NCBI GenBank assembly: GCA_903893855.1
Contig: CAITNV010000008.1
Span: 1 to 57,753 of the forward strand
Direction: 5' to 3'
Source: Candidatus Tayloriibacteriota bacterium
GTDB taxonomy: Bacteria > Patescibacteriota > Minisyncoccia > Phycocordibacterales > PALSA-1337
Length of the DNA: 57,753 bases
The notes beneath the pieces were generated by a model. The model worked only from the letters and a program-made list of their open reading frames with translations, was not told where the DNA came from and ran no database searches. Each line of letters starts with the position of its first letter. Within the stretch, counting starts at the first letter, position 1. Shown here in pieces: positions 9,880-19,799 of this stretch. Both the position numbers and the translations under genes were made by a program.

Positions 9880-12800
9880 TTACTCATCGCTTCCGCTATT
9901 CTCTGCTGTTCGATCACGGTTGACCAACTCGACATCAAGGGCGAGACCGCGAAGATTCTTAAGAAGCACGTTAAATGAAGCCGGCAAGTTAGGTTGTTTC
10001 AAGCGTTCACCCTTAACGATAGAGTCGAAGGCTGCAGAACGTCCCTGAATATCGTCAGACTTAATCGTGAGGATTTCACGAAGGGTATGAGCGGCTCCAT
10101 GACCCAAGAGTGCCCAGACTTCCATCTCTCCGAATCGCTGTCCTCCACCTTGTGCTTTACCTCCAAGTGGTTGCTGCGTAATGAGAGAGTAGGGACCAAT
10201 AGATCGCATGTGAATCTTATCTTCAACCATGTGGTGAAGTTTCAAGATATACATATACCCAACGGCTACTTTCTGCTCAAATGCTTCACCAGTTCGTCCA
10301 TCGCGGAGCTGCATCTTTCCATCTTCTGCAAATCCTGCTTTCTTAAGCTCTTCTTTAATTTCAATATCAGTTGCTCCTACGAAAGGTGGGACAATAGCCT
10401 GATAGTTAAGTGTGTGTGCAGCAAGACCCAAGTGTAATTCAAGAATCTGTCCGAGGTTCATACGTGATGGCACACCAAGAGGAGTAAGGATAACGTCTAC
10501 TGGAGTACCGTCTTCCATGTATGGCATATCTTCTTCAGGAAGAATTCGTGAAATAACTCCTTTGTTACCGTGTCGTCCAGCAAGCTTGTCACCCACTGAA
10601 ACGTTTCGAACTTCAGCTACTTCAATGTATATCTTCTTGATGATTCCAGATTCGAGCTTGTCGCCCTTCTCTCGAGAGAAGATTTTCACTGACACCACAC
10701 GACCTCGCTTACCTCCTTCCATTCGCTTTGAGGTGTCTTTCACATCACGAGCCTTTTCACCGAAGATAGATCGTAGAAGTCGCTCTTCTGGAGTAAGCTG
10801 AGTCTCGCCTTTTGGAGAAATTTTACCAACGAGAATGTCACCGGGTCGAACTTCTGCACCAACTCGAACAACTCCGTCTTCTGCAAGATTCTTAAGCTTC
10901 GCTTCACCAACGTTTGGAATATCGCATGTTGTAACTTCTGGACCAAGCTTGGTATCTCGAACGTTAACAACGAACTCTTCAATATGAATAGATGTAAACT
11001 TGCTATTCTTAACTACTCGTTCAGATAGAATGATCGCATCCTCGTAGTTAGAACCTGACCATGACATGAAAGCCACGAGCATATTCTGACCAATAGCGAT
11101 CTCTCCACCATCTGATGTAGATGTATCAACAAGTACATCACCTTTCTTTACCTGCTGACCAAGGCTAACTGATGGTCGCTGATGGAAAGCGGTGAAACCA
11201 TTCGTTCGAGAGAAATGAATAAGGTTATATTCATGTGTGTGTTCTTTGCCGGCTTTTTTACCTTGAAGAACCACTTTATTAGCATCAACTGCAACGATCT
11301 CTCCATCTTCTGGGGCAAGGACGATTCGTCCAGTATCAACAACGGCTTTCTTCTCAATACCTGTAGCAACCAAAGGAGCTTCAGGAATAAGACAAGGAGT
11401 AGCCTGCTTCTGCATGTTCGAACCCATGAGCGCTCGGTTGGCATCGTCGTGGTTCAAGAATGGGATAAGTGATGTAGCAATAGAGAAAGCTTGTTCGCTT
11501 GATACGTCGATATAGTCCACCTCGTCTTTCTTTGCAAGACCAGGTTCGCCGTTAATACGAACTTCAACTTCATCAGCTGTGATCATACCAGTCTTACTAT
11601 CGTAGGGAATTGCTGCGTGAGCGATTTTAAAATTCTCTTCTTCGAGAGCATTCATGTACTGGATCTCTGTAGTGATCTTGCCATTCTTTACTTTGGCATA
11701 TGGAGTCTCAATCATACCGAAGTCATTGATACGAGCGAATGTTGCAAGGTGAAGTACGAGACCGATTGAAGGTCCTTCAGGTGTATGGATTGGACAGAGT
11801 CGGCCGTAGTGAGATGGGTGCACGTCGCGCACTTCAAAACCGGCTCGCTCTCGTGTAAGACCTCCTGGGCCTAGAGCTGAGAGAAGGCGAAGATGCTCAA
11901 GTTCTGAGAGCACATTCTCCTGCTGCATGAATTGTGACAACTGGTTAGTCGTGAAGAATTCTTTAATACGAGCCTGTAGTGGTCGTGGGAAGATGAACTG
12001 TACAGGAAGTGTGACGTCTGGATCGACCGTCGACATTTTATCCTGAATATTTCGTTTCATCTGTGTCATACCAACGCGAATCTTCTGCTGGAGAAGTTCT
12101 CCAACGAAACGAACACGTCGTGAACCAAGATGGTCAATATCGTCCTCAACTGCTTCAGGAGTATTGTTCAAGAGTACGATATGCTTGATGATTGATACGA
12201 TATCGTCAACTGTAACTGTTCGACGAGCGAGATCCTTCTCATCCATAGACTTCTCGAAACGCTTATTAAAACGGAAACGACCGACTGGAGACAGGTCGTA
12301 ACGGTTAGATTCAAAGATTCCGCCGATGAATTCTCGAGCATTTTCAGCTGTTGCTAGATCTCCATCACGAAGTCGCTTGTGAATCTCAATGTATGAATCA
12401 TCTGCTGATTTTGCATGATCCTTTGCAAGAGTGATTTCCATGGCTTTTCGAGCTGCTGGATCGCCTGCGAAGAGGTCCATGATAGCGTCATTAGTTGGCG
12501 CGCAATTGGCATTCATCTTTCCTTCAGGAGTCTTCTCTCCGAGGATTCGCATAAGTGTAGAAATAGGGAACTTACGCTTACGATCGATCTTAACATAAAT
12601 TGCACCCTCTGCATCGCTCTCGATCTCCATCCAAACACCTCGCTGAGGGATGATCTTAGCACCGAAATAGTTACGTCCTTTGATCTCATCAACCGTGAAG
12701 AAAATACCGAATGAACGCGCAAGCTGTGGAACGATAACTCGTTCAATACCGTTAACGATAAAAGTTCCATGATTAGTCATCAATGGAATATCTGCAAGGA

Positions 12801-13113
12801 AGATCTCTTGTTCCTTTACAGAATCAAGCATCTTATTCTTCAATTTTACTTTCACCTTTACCTGACCTTCGTATGAAAGCTTATTGGCTTTAGCATAATG
12901 CTCATCATACTTCGGTGCTGATAGTTCGAAGTGGGTGAATGATAGTTCGAATTTCTTCTCAGCGTAATCGCTAATAGGAGAGAACTCCTTCAACACCTCC
13001 TCAATACCAGTCTTAATGAGCCAGTCGAACGATGCCACTTGTGATTCCACAAGGTTTGGCATTGCTGTCAATGACTCCTTGAAACGGCTGAAATATTTTT
13101 TGGTCGTTTTCAT
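9880..13113 (-). CDS. rpoB: DNA-directed RNA polymerase subunit beta (short form, 1077 aa)
   Basis: Conserved blocks GRHGNKGVISRILPEEDMPY, FGEMEVWALLGHGAAHTLREILTIKSDD and QLSQFMQQENVLSELEHLRLLSALGPGGL. Confidence 0.97.
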   Translation of the reverse strand: MKTTKKYFSRFKESLTAMPNLVESQVASFDWLIKTGIEEVLKEFSPISDYAEKKFELSFTHFELSAPKYDEHYAKANKLSYEGQVKVKVKLKNKMLDSVKEQEIFLADIPLMTNHGTFIVNGIERVIVPQLARSFGIFFTVDEIKGRNYFGAKIIPQRGVWMEIESDAEGAIYVKIDRKRKFPISTLMRILGEKTPEGKMNANCAPTNDAIMDLFAGDPAARKAMEITLAKDHAKSADDSYIEIHKRLRDGDLATAENAREFIGGIFESNRYDLSPVGRFRFNKRFEKSMDEKDLARRTVTVDDIVSIIKHIVLLNNTPEAVEDDIDHLGSRRVRFVGELLQQKIRVGMTQMKRNIQDKMSTVDPDVTLPVQFIFPRPLQARIKEFFTTNQLSQFMQQENVLSELEHLRLLSALGPGGLTRERAGFEVRDVHPSHYGRLCPIHTPEGPSIGLVLHLATFARINDFGMIETPYAKVKNGKITTEIQYMNALEEENFKIAHAAIPYDSKTGMITADEVEVRINGEPGLAKKDEVDYIDVSSEQAFSIATSLIPFLNHDDANRALMGSNMQKQATPCLIPEAPLVATGIEKKAVVDTGRIVLAPEDGEIVAVDANKVVLQGKKAGKEHTHEYNLIHFSRTNGFTAFHQRPSVSLGQQVKKGDVLVDTSTSDGGEIAIGQNMLVAFMSWSGSNYEDAIILSERVVKNSKFTSIHIEEFVVNVRDTKLGPEVTTCDIPNVGEAKLKNLAEDGVVRVGAEVRPGDILVGKISPKGETQLTPEERLLRSIFGEKARDVKDTSKRMEGGKRGRVVSVKIFSREKGDKLESGIIKKIYIEVAEVRNVSVGDKLAGRHGNKGVISRILPEEDMPYMEDGTPVDVILTPLGVPSRMNLGQILELHLGLAAHTLNYQAIVPPFVGATDIEIKEELKKAGFAEDGKMQLRDGRTGEAFEQKVAVGYMYILKLHHMVEDKIHMRSIGPYSLITQQPLGGKAQGGGQRFGEMEVWALLGHGAAHTLREILTIKSDDIQGRSAAFDSIVKGERLKQPNLPASFNVLLKNLRGLALDVELVNRDRTAENSGSDE

Positions 13114-13388
13114 GGCAGGGTAGTGCCTTTCGGCAAAATATATAAATTAATAATGCGTACGAAACCATGCGACTAAAAATGTAACAACTAAAACACAAAA
13201 TACGCCCAGAGGACGTAAGTGTACGCTTAGTTGTTAGCGTTTTTTGGTTGCAAGAATGGGATCCAATTTAAAGCCTTGTAATCCTTCGCATAACGGGCAT
13301 AACACAATCTTGCTGAAGTTATCCACAGCCTATCAAATTTGACTTTTTATGTCAATAGCTTTATGTGGACATCTCTGTACATAACGCT

Positions 13389-13802
13389 TTACGCGTGTTT
13401 TTCTCCTTCTTTACCTTCAAATTCAAGGCATACGGAATTGATGCAAAACCGCTTCCCTCCCTGCTCTTGCGGACCGTCGTTAAAGACATGGCCGAGGTGT
13501 GCGCCACATGTCTTACAGACGACTTCTGTACGATGCATACCGTGTTCATTATCTTCTCGTAACTCCACCTTTTCTACTGCGACTGGATCTGTAAATGAAG
13601 GCCAACCAGTTCCAGAATCGAATTTCGCCCCCGAAGCAAAAAGCTGCGTCCCACAAATCGCGCACTTATACATTCCCTCTGCATGATTATCTACATACTT
13701 GCCAGTGAACGGCGCTTCAGTGCCCTTTTCTCGAGCAACTTTATATAATTCCTTTGGTAAATCTTTATCATTTTTTATATCTTTCTTGATTGGTGTTTGC
13801 AT
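13389..13802 (-). CDS. msrB: Peptide-methionine (R)-S-oxide reductase
   Basis: CAICGTQLF ... GWPSF ... CKTCGAHLGHVFNDGP matches the SelR/MsrB signature. Confidence 0.93.
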   Translation of the reverse strand: MQTPIKKDIKNDKDLPKELYKVAREKGTEAPFTGKYVDNHAEGMYKCAICGTQLFASGAKFDSGTGWPSFTDPVAVEKVELREDNEHGMHRTEVVCKTCGAHLGHVFNDGPQEQGGKRFCINSVCLEFEGKEGEKHA

Positions 13803-13824
13803 ATAATTTAGGTATTACTAATAA

Positions 13825-14373
13825 TTACAAATCCTTTATAAGTGACGCATACTTCTGTTCCAACTTCTCTACCTTAGGCCCGATGATGAATGTACAGTAC
13901 GGCGCATCCTTATGGCTCTCAAAATAATTCTTATGATAATCCTCAGCTTCGTAAAATGTGCCGAGTGGTGCGACCTCGGTAACAATAGCAGTGCTGTATG
14001 CTCTATCATCGGTTAATTTCTTAATGAAAGCCTGAGCCACCGTCTTCTGTTCTTCGGTGGTATAGAATATCGCCGAGCGATACTGTGTGCCCACATCATT
14101 ACCCTGTCGATTCAAGGTTGTAGGATCGTGCGTAAAGAAAAAAATCGTCAATAAATCCTCATAACTAATAACACTTTGGTCGAAAACAATTTTGGCACAT
14201 TCAGCATGGCCGGTCTTACCACCGCATACCTGTTCATAGCTAGGATTGGGCACTGCCCCACCCGTGTAACCAGGAACAGCAGAAATAACACCCTTCAAAC
14301 GGGCGAATAACGTCTCAGTACACCAAAAACATCCACCAGCGAGCACTGCAGTCTGTTGTGTATTGTCGGCCAT
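13825..14373 (-). CDS. msrA: Peptide-methionine (S)-S-oxide reductase
   Basis: The active-site motif GGCFWC is near the N-terminus, and YHKNYF is present. Confidence 0.93.
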   Translation of the reverse strand: MADNTQQTAVLAGGCFWCTETLFARLKGVISAVPGYTGGAVPNPSYEQVCGGKTGHAECAKIVFDQSVISYEDLLTIFFFTHDPTTLNRQGNDVGTQYRSAIFYTTEEQKTVAQAFIKKLTDDRAYSTAIVTEVAPLGTFYEAEDYHKNYFESHKDAPYCTFIIGPKVEKLEQKYASLIKDL

Positions 14374-14388
14374 ATATACTATAAAAAA

Positions 14389-15093
14389 TTATTTAGAATT
14401 AATTTCTGCTTTCCACGCTTCAATAAGGGCATGATTCCCTGAGAGTAATACCTTTGGCACGCGATATTTCTTTCCTTTGAACTCCACAACTTCTGGGCGA
14501 GTGTATACGTCCTTTGCTGCTACACGAGTCTCTTCGAGCGAAGTAATATCTCCCAACACTCCGGCAATTTGTCTTGATACAGAATCAATCACGATCATGG
14601 CCGGCAATTCCCCACCAGTAAGAACGAAAGGGCCGACCGATACTTCTTCAACTTTGAAGGCTTTCTTTACCCGTGCATCAATACCCTCATAACGACCGCA
14701 TATAAAAATAATATCCGTGTACTTCTTCGCGGCTACTTTTGCGTATGCAGTATCGAACAATGTGCCCGACGGAGAAAAGAAAATAATCTTTGTTGTTCTC
14801 GTAGACTTCGCTTTACCTTTAGTCTTACTAATGGCTTTCTCGATAGCTCGCATAACAGGTAGCGCTTCGATTACCATACCGGGACCTCCGCCATACGGCT
14901 TATCGTCCACTCTTCGCTCAGAGTAGGTCATTTCATTGGGTGCTTTTTTTGCACCAACTTTAGGCGCAGCAAAATCTCGCGGGTTATAAAAAGAAATTTT
15001 TATCTTCTTATCCTCTTGTGCACGCTTTAATATAGATTCGTTAAGATACGAATCGAGGCTCTGAGGAAATAATGTAACTATATGGAAATGCAC
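14389..15093 (-). CDS. trmD: tRNA (guanine37-N1)-methyltransferase
   Basis: MHFHIVTLFPQ start, GGGPGMV, ICGRYEGIDARV and VLTGGELPAMIVIDSVSR. Confidence 0.92.
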   Translation of the reverse strand: MHFHIVTLFPQSLDSYLNESILKRAQEDKKIKISFYNPRDFAAPKVGAKKAPNEMTYSERRVDDKPYGGGPGMVIEALPVMRAIEKAISKTKGKAKSTRTTKIIFFSPSGTLFDTAYAKVAAKKYTDIIFICGRYEGIDARVKKAFKVEEVSVGPFVLTGGELPAMIVIDSVSRQIAGVLGDITSLEETRVAAKDVYTRPEVVEFKGKKYRVPKVLLSGNHALIEAWKAEINSK

Positions 15094-15407
15094 TAGATCT
15101 TGAGATCGGCCATTGCTTCATCGACAGTCTTTGAAGCCTTCTGCTCATGAGGAAGAGCACCTTCTGGCTCATTAATCTTAAGGTTAACCCGAGAATTATT
15201 CTTCATACCTACTACACGAAGAAGCGTTCGAATAGCTTTAGCGGTATTGCCTGATCGGCCAATAACCTTACCCATATCAGCGGCATTTACCTCAAGTGTC
15301 ATGAGAACACCCATTTCATCAACGGTTCGAACGATCTTTACATCGTTAGGGTTATCTACAAGAGCTTTAATTACATAATCCAAAAACTGTTGGTCCTGAT
15401 TTTGCAT
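15093..15407 (-). CDS. KH-domain RNA-binding protein (UPF0109/YlqC-like)
   Basis: GKVIGRSGNTAKAIRTLL carries the KH GxxG motif. The position between rpsP and trmD is the canonical one. Confidence 0.8.
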   Translation of the reverse strand: MQNQDQQFLDYVIKALVDNPNDVKIVRTVDEMGVLMTLEVNAADMGKVIGRSGNTAKAIRTLLRVVGMKNNSRVNLKINEPEGALPHEQKASKTVDEAMADLKI

Positions 15408-15463
15408 ATCGTTAGATCAATTAAATCTTACTGGTAATATCCGTAATTCTATCGCGAGAATGA

Positions 15464-15832
15464 CTATGCTGCAACAGCTGCTGTTTCCACAGGCTTAGCT
15501 TCGGTAGCGGCTGCTTTAGGTGCTTCGGCTCCTGCTACTTCTGCTTTCTTGATAGGGCTTTTCTTTGGAAGAGCATTAAGCTTCTTACCTTCGATGACTT
15601 TCTTAGTTACGAGGAAGTTATGAACAGTAGTTGAGAGCTTTGCACCCATAGAGATCCAATGCTTTATAGCTGGAACGTCAAACTGCTCAATCTTATTGTC
15701 CTTGCGAGGATCGTATGAACCCAAAACCTTTAGATATCGTCCGCTCTTTGGGCCGTTTTTAGAATCGGTTAAAACAAGCCGGAAAGTTGGCTCGTGTTTT
15801 CGTCCTACTCGCTGTAATCTGATCATTAGCAT
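15464..15832 (-). CDS. rpsP: 30S ribosomal protein S16 with an Ala/Lys-rich C-terminal extension
   Basis: MLMIRLQRVGRKHEPTFRLVL is a typical S16 N-terminus. Start set at the ATG at 15832 rather than the upstream ORF-track start. Confidence 0.9.
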   Translation of the reverse strand: MLMIRLQRVGRKHEPTFRLVLTDSKNGPKSGRYLKVLGSYDPRKDNKIEQFDVPAIKHWISMGAKLSTTVHNFLVTKKVIEGKKLNALPKKSPIKKAEVAGAEAPKAAATEAKPVETAAVAA

Positions 15833-15927
15833 ATGTGGGTGACATACTAACAAAACACCCACAAAAAAGCAAGCTATTAGACTGTCAAATAGACTTTTTC
15901 CCCATGCCTGCTATAGTTATAGCAATA

Positions 15928-17982
15928 ATGAATACTAATAAAATGCAAAATAACACCTCGACAAACATCACCGGAACCGTGACAACTACCGCTAAAGGTA
16001 TGGGTTTTATAGCTGATCCAGCCAATGTAGATAAAGACATCCTCATAGAACCGGGCTTTCTAAACACCGCTCTTAATGGCGATACCGTAGAAGTTACCGT
16101 GACCGGCAGCATGCCACCTCGCAAAGCTGGCGAACCACGCACCAAGACCGCCGAGGTTGTCCGCGTCACTGCACGCGCTAAGAACACTTTCGTAGGAACT
16201 GTCGACACTGAGAACAGTCGCTATTTCGTCATTCCTGATGATAAGAAAATGTACACAGACATTGCGATATCCGAAGACGAAGCTCGCAAGCATAAGCTTG
16301 AGAAGGATCAAAAAGTACAAGTAGTCATTGATTTTAAAACTTGGACTAACCCTGTCAGGAACCCTCTTGGTACTATCACGCGAACTCTTGGTAAAAAAGG
16401 CGACAACGATGTAGAAATGGAATCTATCGTCCTTGAAAAAGGCTTCGAGACAAGCTTCCCGCCCGCAGTCGAAGATGAAGCGAAAGAGATCGGCACTGTC
16501 GAAAAAATAATCACCCCAGAAGAGATTGCGAAGCGCCGAGACATGCGCACCACAATGACGTTCACCATCGATCCATACGATGCGAAGGACTTTGACGATG
16601 CTATTTCATTTAAAAAACTCCCCCAAGAGAATGGACAAAACCGTTATGAGATCGGCGTCCACATTGCGGACGTATCTCACTATGTTCGTGAAGGGACAGC
16701 CCTTGATGCTGAAGCAGTGAAGCGCGGCTGCTCGATTTACCTCGTTGATCGCACCATCCCTATGCTTCCAGAAGTTCTCTCGAACGATGTCTGTAGTCTT
16801 AATCCACACGAAGACAAGCTTTCCTTCTCTGCTATTTTCATACTCGATGACAAAGCGCAGGTTCATGATCGATGGTTCGGCAAGACGGTGATGAATTCTA
16901 CACATCGCTTTACTTATGAGACTGCACAAGCAGCTATAGACGGCGATCCAGAACTCACGGTGAGGTATTCAAGTGGCACACAGACTGCCGACCTCGCTCT
17001 CGCCGGCATGCAGTATCGCGATGAGCTCACGACACTTAATAAGATTGCAAAGATTCTCCAGAAAGAAAAGTTCGCAGCCGGTGCAATAGAATTCGAACAA
17101 GAAGAGATCAAGTTCAAGCTCGACGATAAAGGCTATCCTATCGGCGTTTACAAAAAAGAGCGTATCGATACCCATAAGCTCGTCGAAGAATACATGCTTC
17201 TTGCCAATCGAGAGGTTGCGAAATTTATCTATGATTCCATTCAAAAGAAAGGTAAAAGAGACACTGGCGCTATTTACCGTATTCACGATGTTCCAGATAA
17301 AGAAAAGATTGCGGATCTTGCAAGCTTCGTAAGAGCCCTCGGTTATAATCTCCGCACGACAAAAGACGGCCTTGTTACTGCACGCGATCTCAATCACCTT
17401 CTTGAGCAAATAGAAGGCACCCCTCATGAAGCGCTTATCCGCACAGCAGCGGTTCGCTCAATGCAGAAGGCTATTTACTCTACCAAAAACATCGGCCATT
17501 TCGGTCTTGCATTCGACTTCTACACTCATTTCACTTCCCCAATTCGCCGCTATCCTGACCTTCTTGTGCATCGTGTCCTTGCGAAGCATTTAAATGGCGA
17601 GCCATTCGGTGATCGCGACATTGTCGTATTTCAGCACATTGCTGACTCTTCTACTCGTCGTGAGATCGACGCTTCAGACGCAGAACGCTCAAGCAAAAAG
17701 CTCAAGCAAGTAGAATACATGAGCTCACGTGTAGGTCAGGTCTTTGATGGAACTATCTCTGGCGTTACCGAATGGGGTCTCTACGTTGAAGAGAAAGAAA
17801 GCCGTTCAGAAGGTATGATAAAAATCCGTGACCTCGGTAGCGACTTCTATGAATTTAATAAAAAAACCTATTCAATTACTGGCAAACAATCAGGCGTCAC
17901 CTTCACACTTGGCGACAGCATTCGCTTCAAAGTAAACGGTGCGGATCTTGATAAGAAGACGTTGGATTTCGTTCTCGCATAA
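15928..17982 (+). CDS. rnr: Ribonuclease R (RNB family 3'-5' exoribonuclease)
   Basis: RNB motifs FTIDPYDAKDFDDA, HFGLAFDFYTHFTSPIRRYPDLLVHR, and a C-terminal S1 domain (VFDGTISGVTEWGLYV). Start set at the ATG at 15928 (MNTNKMQ). Confidence 0.9.
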   Translation: MNTNKMQNNTSTNITGTVTTTAKGMGFIADPANVDKDILIEPGFLNTALNGDTVEVTVTGSMPPRKAGEPRTKTAEVVRVTARAKNTFVGTVDTENSRYFVIPDDKKMYTDIAISEDEARKHKLEKDQKVQVVIDFKTWTNPVRNPLGTITRTLGKKGDNDVEMESIVLEKGFETSFPPAVEDEAKEIGTVEKIITPEEIAKRRDMRTTMTFTIDPYDAKDFDDAISFKKLPQENGQNRYEIGVHIADVSHYVREGTALDAEAVKRGCSIYLVDRTIPMLPEVLSNDVCSLNPHEDKLSFSAIFILDDKAQVHDRWFGKTVMNSTHRFTYETAQAAIDGDPELTVRYSSGTQTADLALAGMQYRDELTTLNKIAKILQKEKFAAGAIEFEQEEIKFKLDDKGYPIGVYKKERIDTHKLVEEYMLLANREVAKFIYDSIQKKGKRDTGAIYRIHDVPDKEKIADLASFVRALGYNLRTTKDGLVTARDLNHLLEQIEGTPHEALIRTAAVRSMQKAIYSTKNIGHFGLAFDFYTHFTSPIRRYPDLLVHRVLAKHLNGEPFGDRDIVVFQHIADSSTRREIDASDAERSSKKLKQVEYMSSRVGQVFDGTISGVTEWGLYVEEKESRSEGMIKIRDLGSDFYEFNKKTYSITGKQSGVTFTLGDSIRFKVNGADLDKKTLDFVLA

Positions 17983-18007
17983 TAAAAAGTATTCAAATAA
18001 ATAAAAT

Positions 18008-18033
18008 CTCCTCGATACTTGCGTATCGAGGAG
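18008..18033 (+). terminator. Hairpin downstream of rnr (weak U-tract)
   Basis: ctcctcgatac / gtatcgaggag forms an 11-bp stem with a 4-nt loop, 26 nt after the rnr stop. The trailing T-run is poor. Confidence 0.45.
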
Positions 18034-18060
18034 TGTTCCTTTCGGCTGTTATAACACAGC

Positions 18061-19761
18061 CTATTCAGAGCTACTGTCGGCTGGTTTTCTACCCAGCGGT
18101 GATCGAACTTTATCGCCATTGAGGATCCATGACACAAGTGAGTGGTTCAGTTCATCGATCGCTTGGCGTTGATGGTGACGTTGTGCCACAGGCATCATAT
18201 GAAGTGTTAATGCCTCCATTGTCACACACTCTTGCAACTTCATGAGTGTTGAATCCCTTAGTTCACACGCCATCCAGTGAGGATGTCGAATGTTGAAGGT
18301 TAGGATACCCGCGTCGGCGTCGAGTTTCCACAGCTCAGGTGATCCTTCCATTGCTTCGTGAGCGAACTGCAAGCCGAAACTTGCGTTCTTCACCACCTTT
18401 CGAGGAGAACCTTTTGGGCCACTCCCCGTCTGCGGCTTCTTCACGTGAGACGAATCAGCTCGATTGGGCGATCCTGTTCCAGAAGTCTTTGCACCATCTC
18501 CGGGTTCACCATTACCCGAGTTTGTCGTCTGTTCACTTCCACCGTCGGTACTTTCCGCATCGGCGTGGTCATTACCAGCAACCCCTCGCCCGAACGATTT
18601 AATGACGTCCCTAAGAGGTGCGTGAGCTTGGTCCATGAAGAGATGCTCGAGCACTTTCATTGACCGTAGTCCGAGTTCTTGGAACCGTTGTTCCTGACGT
18701 GAATGCCGTGCCTCATCGAGGTATTTTGATCCGAATCCATCGAACCATTCTTCGATGGCGCAACACAAGCCGACGAATGCATCGTCTTTCTCAAGTGTTT
18801 TGCGATCAGGATGTAGTCTGGATTTCTGCGAGAGAATCTCTCCCTCGAAGAGACCTGATGTGAGTGCAGTGATCACTTCATCCCTGAGGAGTTGAGTGGC
18901 CGATCGGGCAAGGTAGTGAAAAGGAAAACGGAAATCATTTCCCGTCACACCCACCAATACCCGCCCGTTTCGGCCCTTCGCCACCTTTGGAGCAATGAAC
19001 AAGCGAAACGTTGTCTCACCTGAATCACTATTTACAAACTTCTGCACAGGTAGTGCTTGCCCCCGGAATTCTTGAGCTGTGACGTTGAGACGCCGTTCGA
19101 CAGTGCCATCCTTATGAATGACTTCAACTGAGATGATGGTCTTATTACGTCGCATGGTTGTGGCGTAACGGTCTTGAATCCCACCGATAAGCGTGTCTAT
19201 CGGGACGCGGCTGATGTATTCATCGGACGTGAACCCGGTGAGGCTCATTTCCGAGCGCCAGTACACCTTGGTTTTACCTGCGGGCGGTTTATCTTCGAGT
19301 GTCAGGTCAGGCCGTGCACGAAGTGGAATGTTGATATCCATTCTCTGTTTAAGGATGTGAGCGGTTGAGAACGTCCATTCCTGAAACCCATTCTTATGTG
19401 GTGCAGGACAAGAGATGAACGTAAACCGTTCACATTTGCCAAGGGGAGATATGAGCCCAATACCGAACTGACCGAGGCTTCCTTCACCCTTTCGCCCTGG
19501 TTGTGCAACCGACGCCAATGCAGCATTAAACTTCTCCAACGTCGCTCCGTTTCCATTGTCACGTACAGCGAGATGTCGAGTCTTGCGATTGATTGTGATC
19601 CATATCAGATTAGCCTTAACATCCCTATCAAGGGAGTTCTGGACAAGCTCGAGGATAACCTCGAGAAGGGTCGGGTACGTACCAGCCAAGTGCAAGAGGG
19701 TCTGACCATGATTGAACTTGATAGGAGTTTGCGTATCCGTGAGAAGTGCTGATTTTGACAT
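18061..19761 (-). CDS. N-terminal GHKL/Bergerat-fold ATPase (MORC/Hsp90/MutL-like, HATPase_c_3-type), 566 aa; function unknown
   Basis: Motif I LELVQNSLD, motif II VRDNGNGATLEKF and motif III GQFGIGLISPLG all lie within the first ~110 aa. ATG start with AAAGGAA SD, 38 nt after the upstream HTH gene. Confidence 0.75.
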   Translation of the reverse strand: MSKSALLTDTQTPIKFNHGQTLLHLAGTYPTLLEVILELVQNSLDRDVKANLIWITINRKTRHLAVRDNGNGATLEKFNAALASVAQPGRKGEGSLGQFGIGLISPLGKCERFTFISCPAPHKNGFQEWTFSTAHILKQRMDINIPLRARPDLTLEDKPPAGKTKVYWRSEMSLTGFTSDEYISRVPIDTLIGGIQDRYATTMRRNKTIISVEVIHKDGTVERRLNVTAQEFRGQALPVQKFVNSDSGETTFRLFIAPKVAKGRNGRVLVGVTGNDFRFPFHYLARSATQLLRDEVITALTSGLFEGEILSQKSRLHPDRKTLEKDDAFVGLCCAIEEWFDGFGSKYLDEARHSRQEQRFQELGLRSMKVLEHLFMDQAHAPLRDVIKSFGRGVAGNDHADAESTDGGSEQTTNSGNGEPGDGAKTSGTGSPNRADSSHVKKPQTGSGPKGSPRKVVKNASFGLQFAHEAMEGSPELWKLDADAGILTFNIRHPHWMACELRDSTLMKLQECVTMEALTLHMMPVAQRHHQRQAIDELNHSLVSWILNGDKVRSPLGRKPADSSSE

Positions 19762-19799
19762 TGCTTTCCTTTCTTTTGTTACTTTCTTTTGGTTTGTGT

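Noticed and set aside
13319-13327. Perfect DnaA-box 9-mer TTATCCACA in the rpoB upstream spacer, with a 7/9 match near 13363 (possible origin)
   Set aside because: A single perfect 9-mer is expected by chance roughly once every few hundred kb on both strands. There is no cluster of boxes, no adjacent AT-rich unwinding element and no dnaA or dnaN nearby.
18061-19761. The 566-aa GHKL protein as a divergent housekeeping HtpG or MutL
   Set aside because: The length and the GQFGIG motif are reminiscent of HtpG. However, I see no NxSRE-type middle motif, no MutL DQHA..E endonuclease motif, and it shares an operon with an HTH protein. Without an HMM search this cannot be fully excluded, so it is listed as a refutation criterion.
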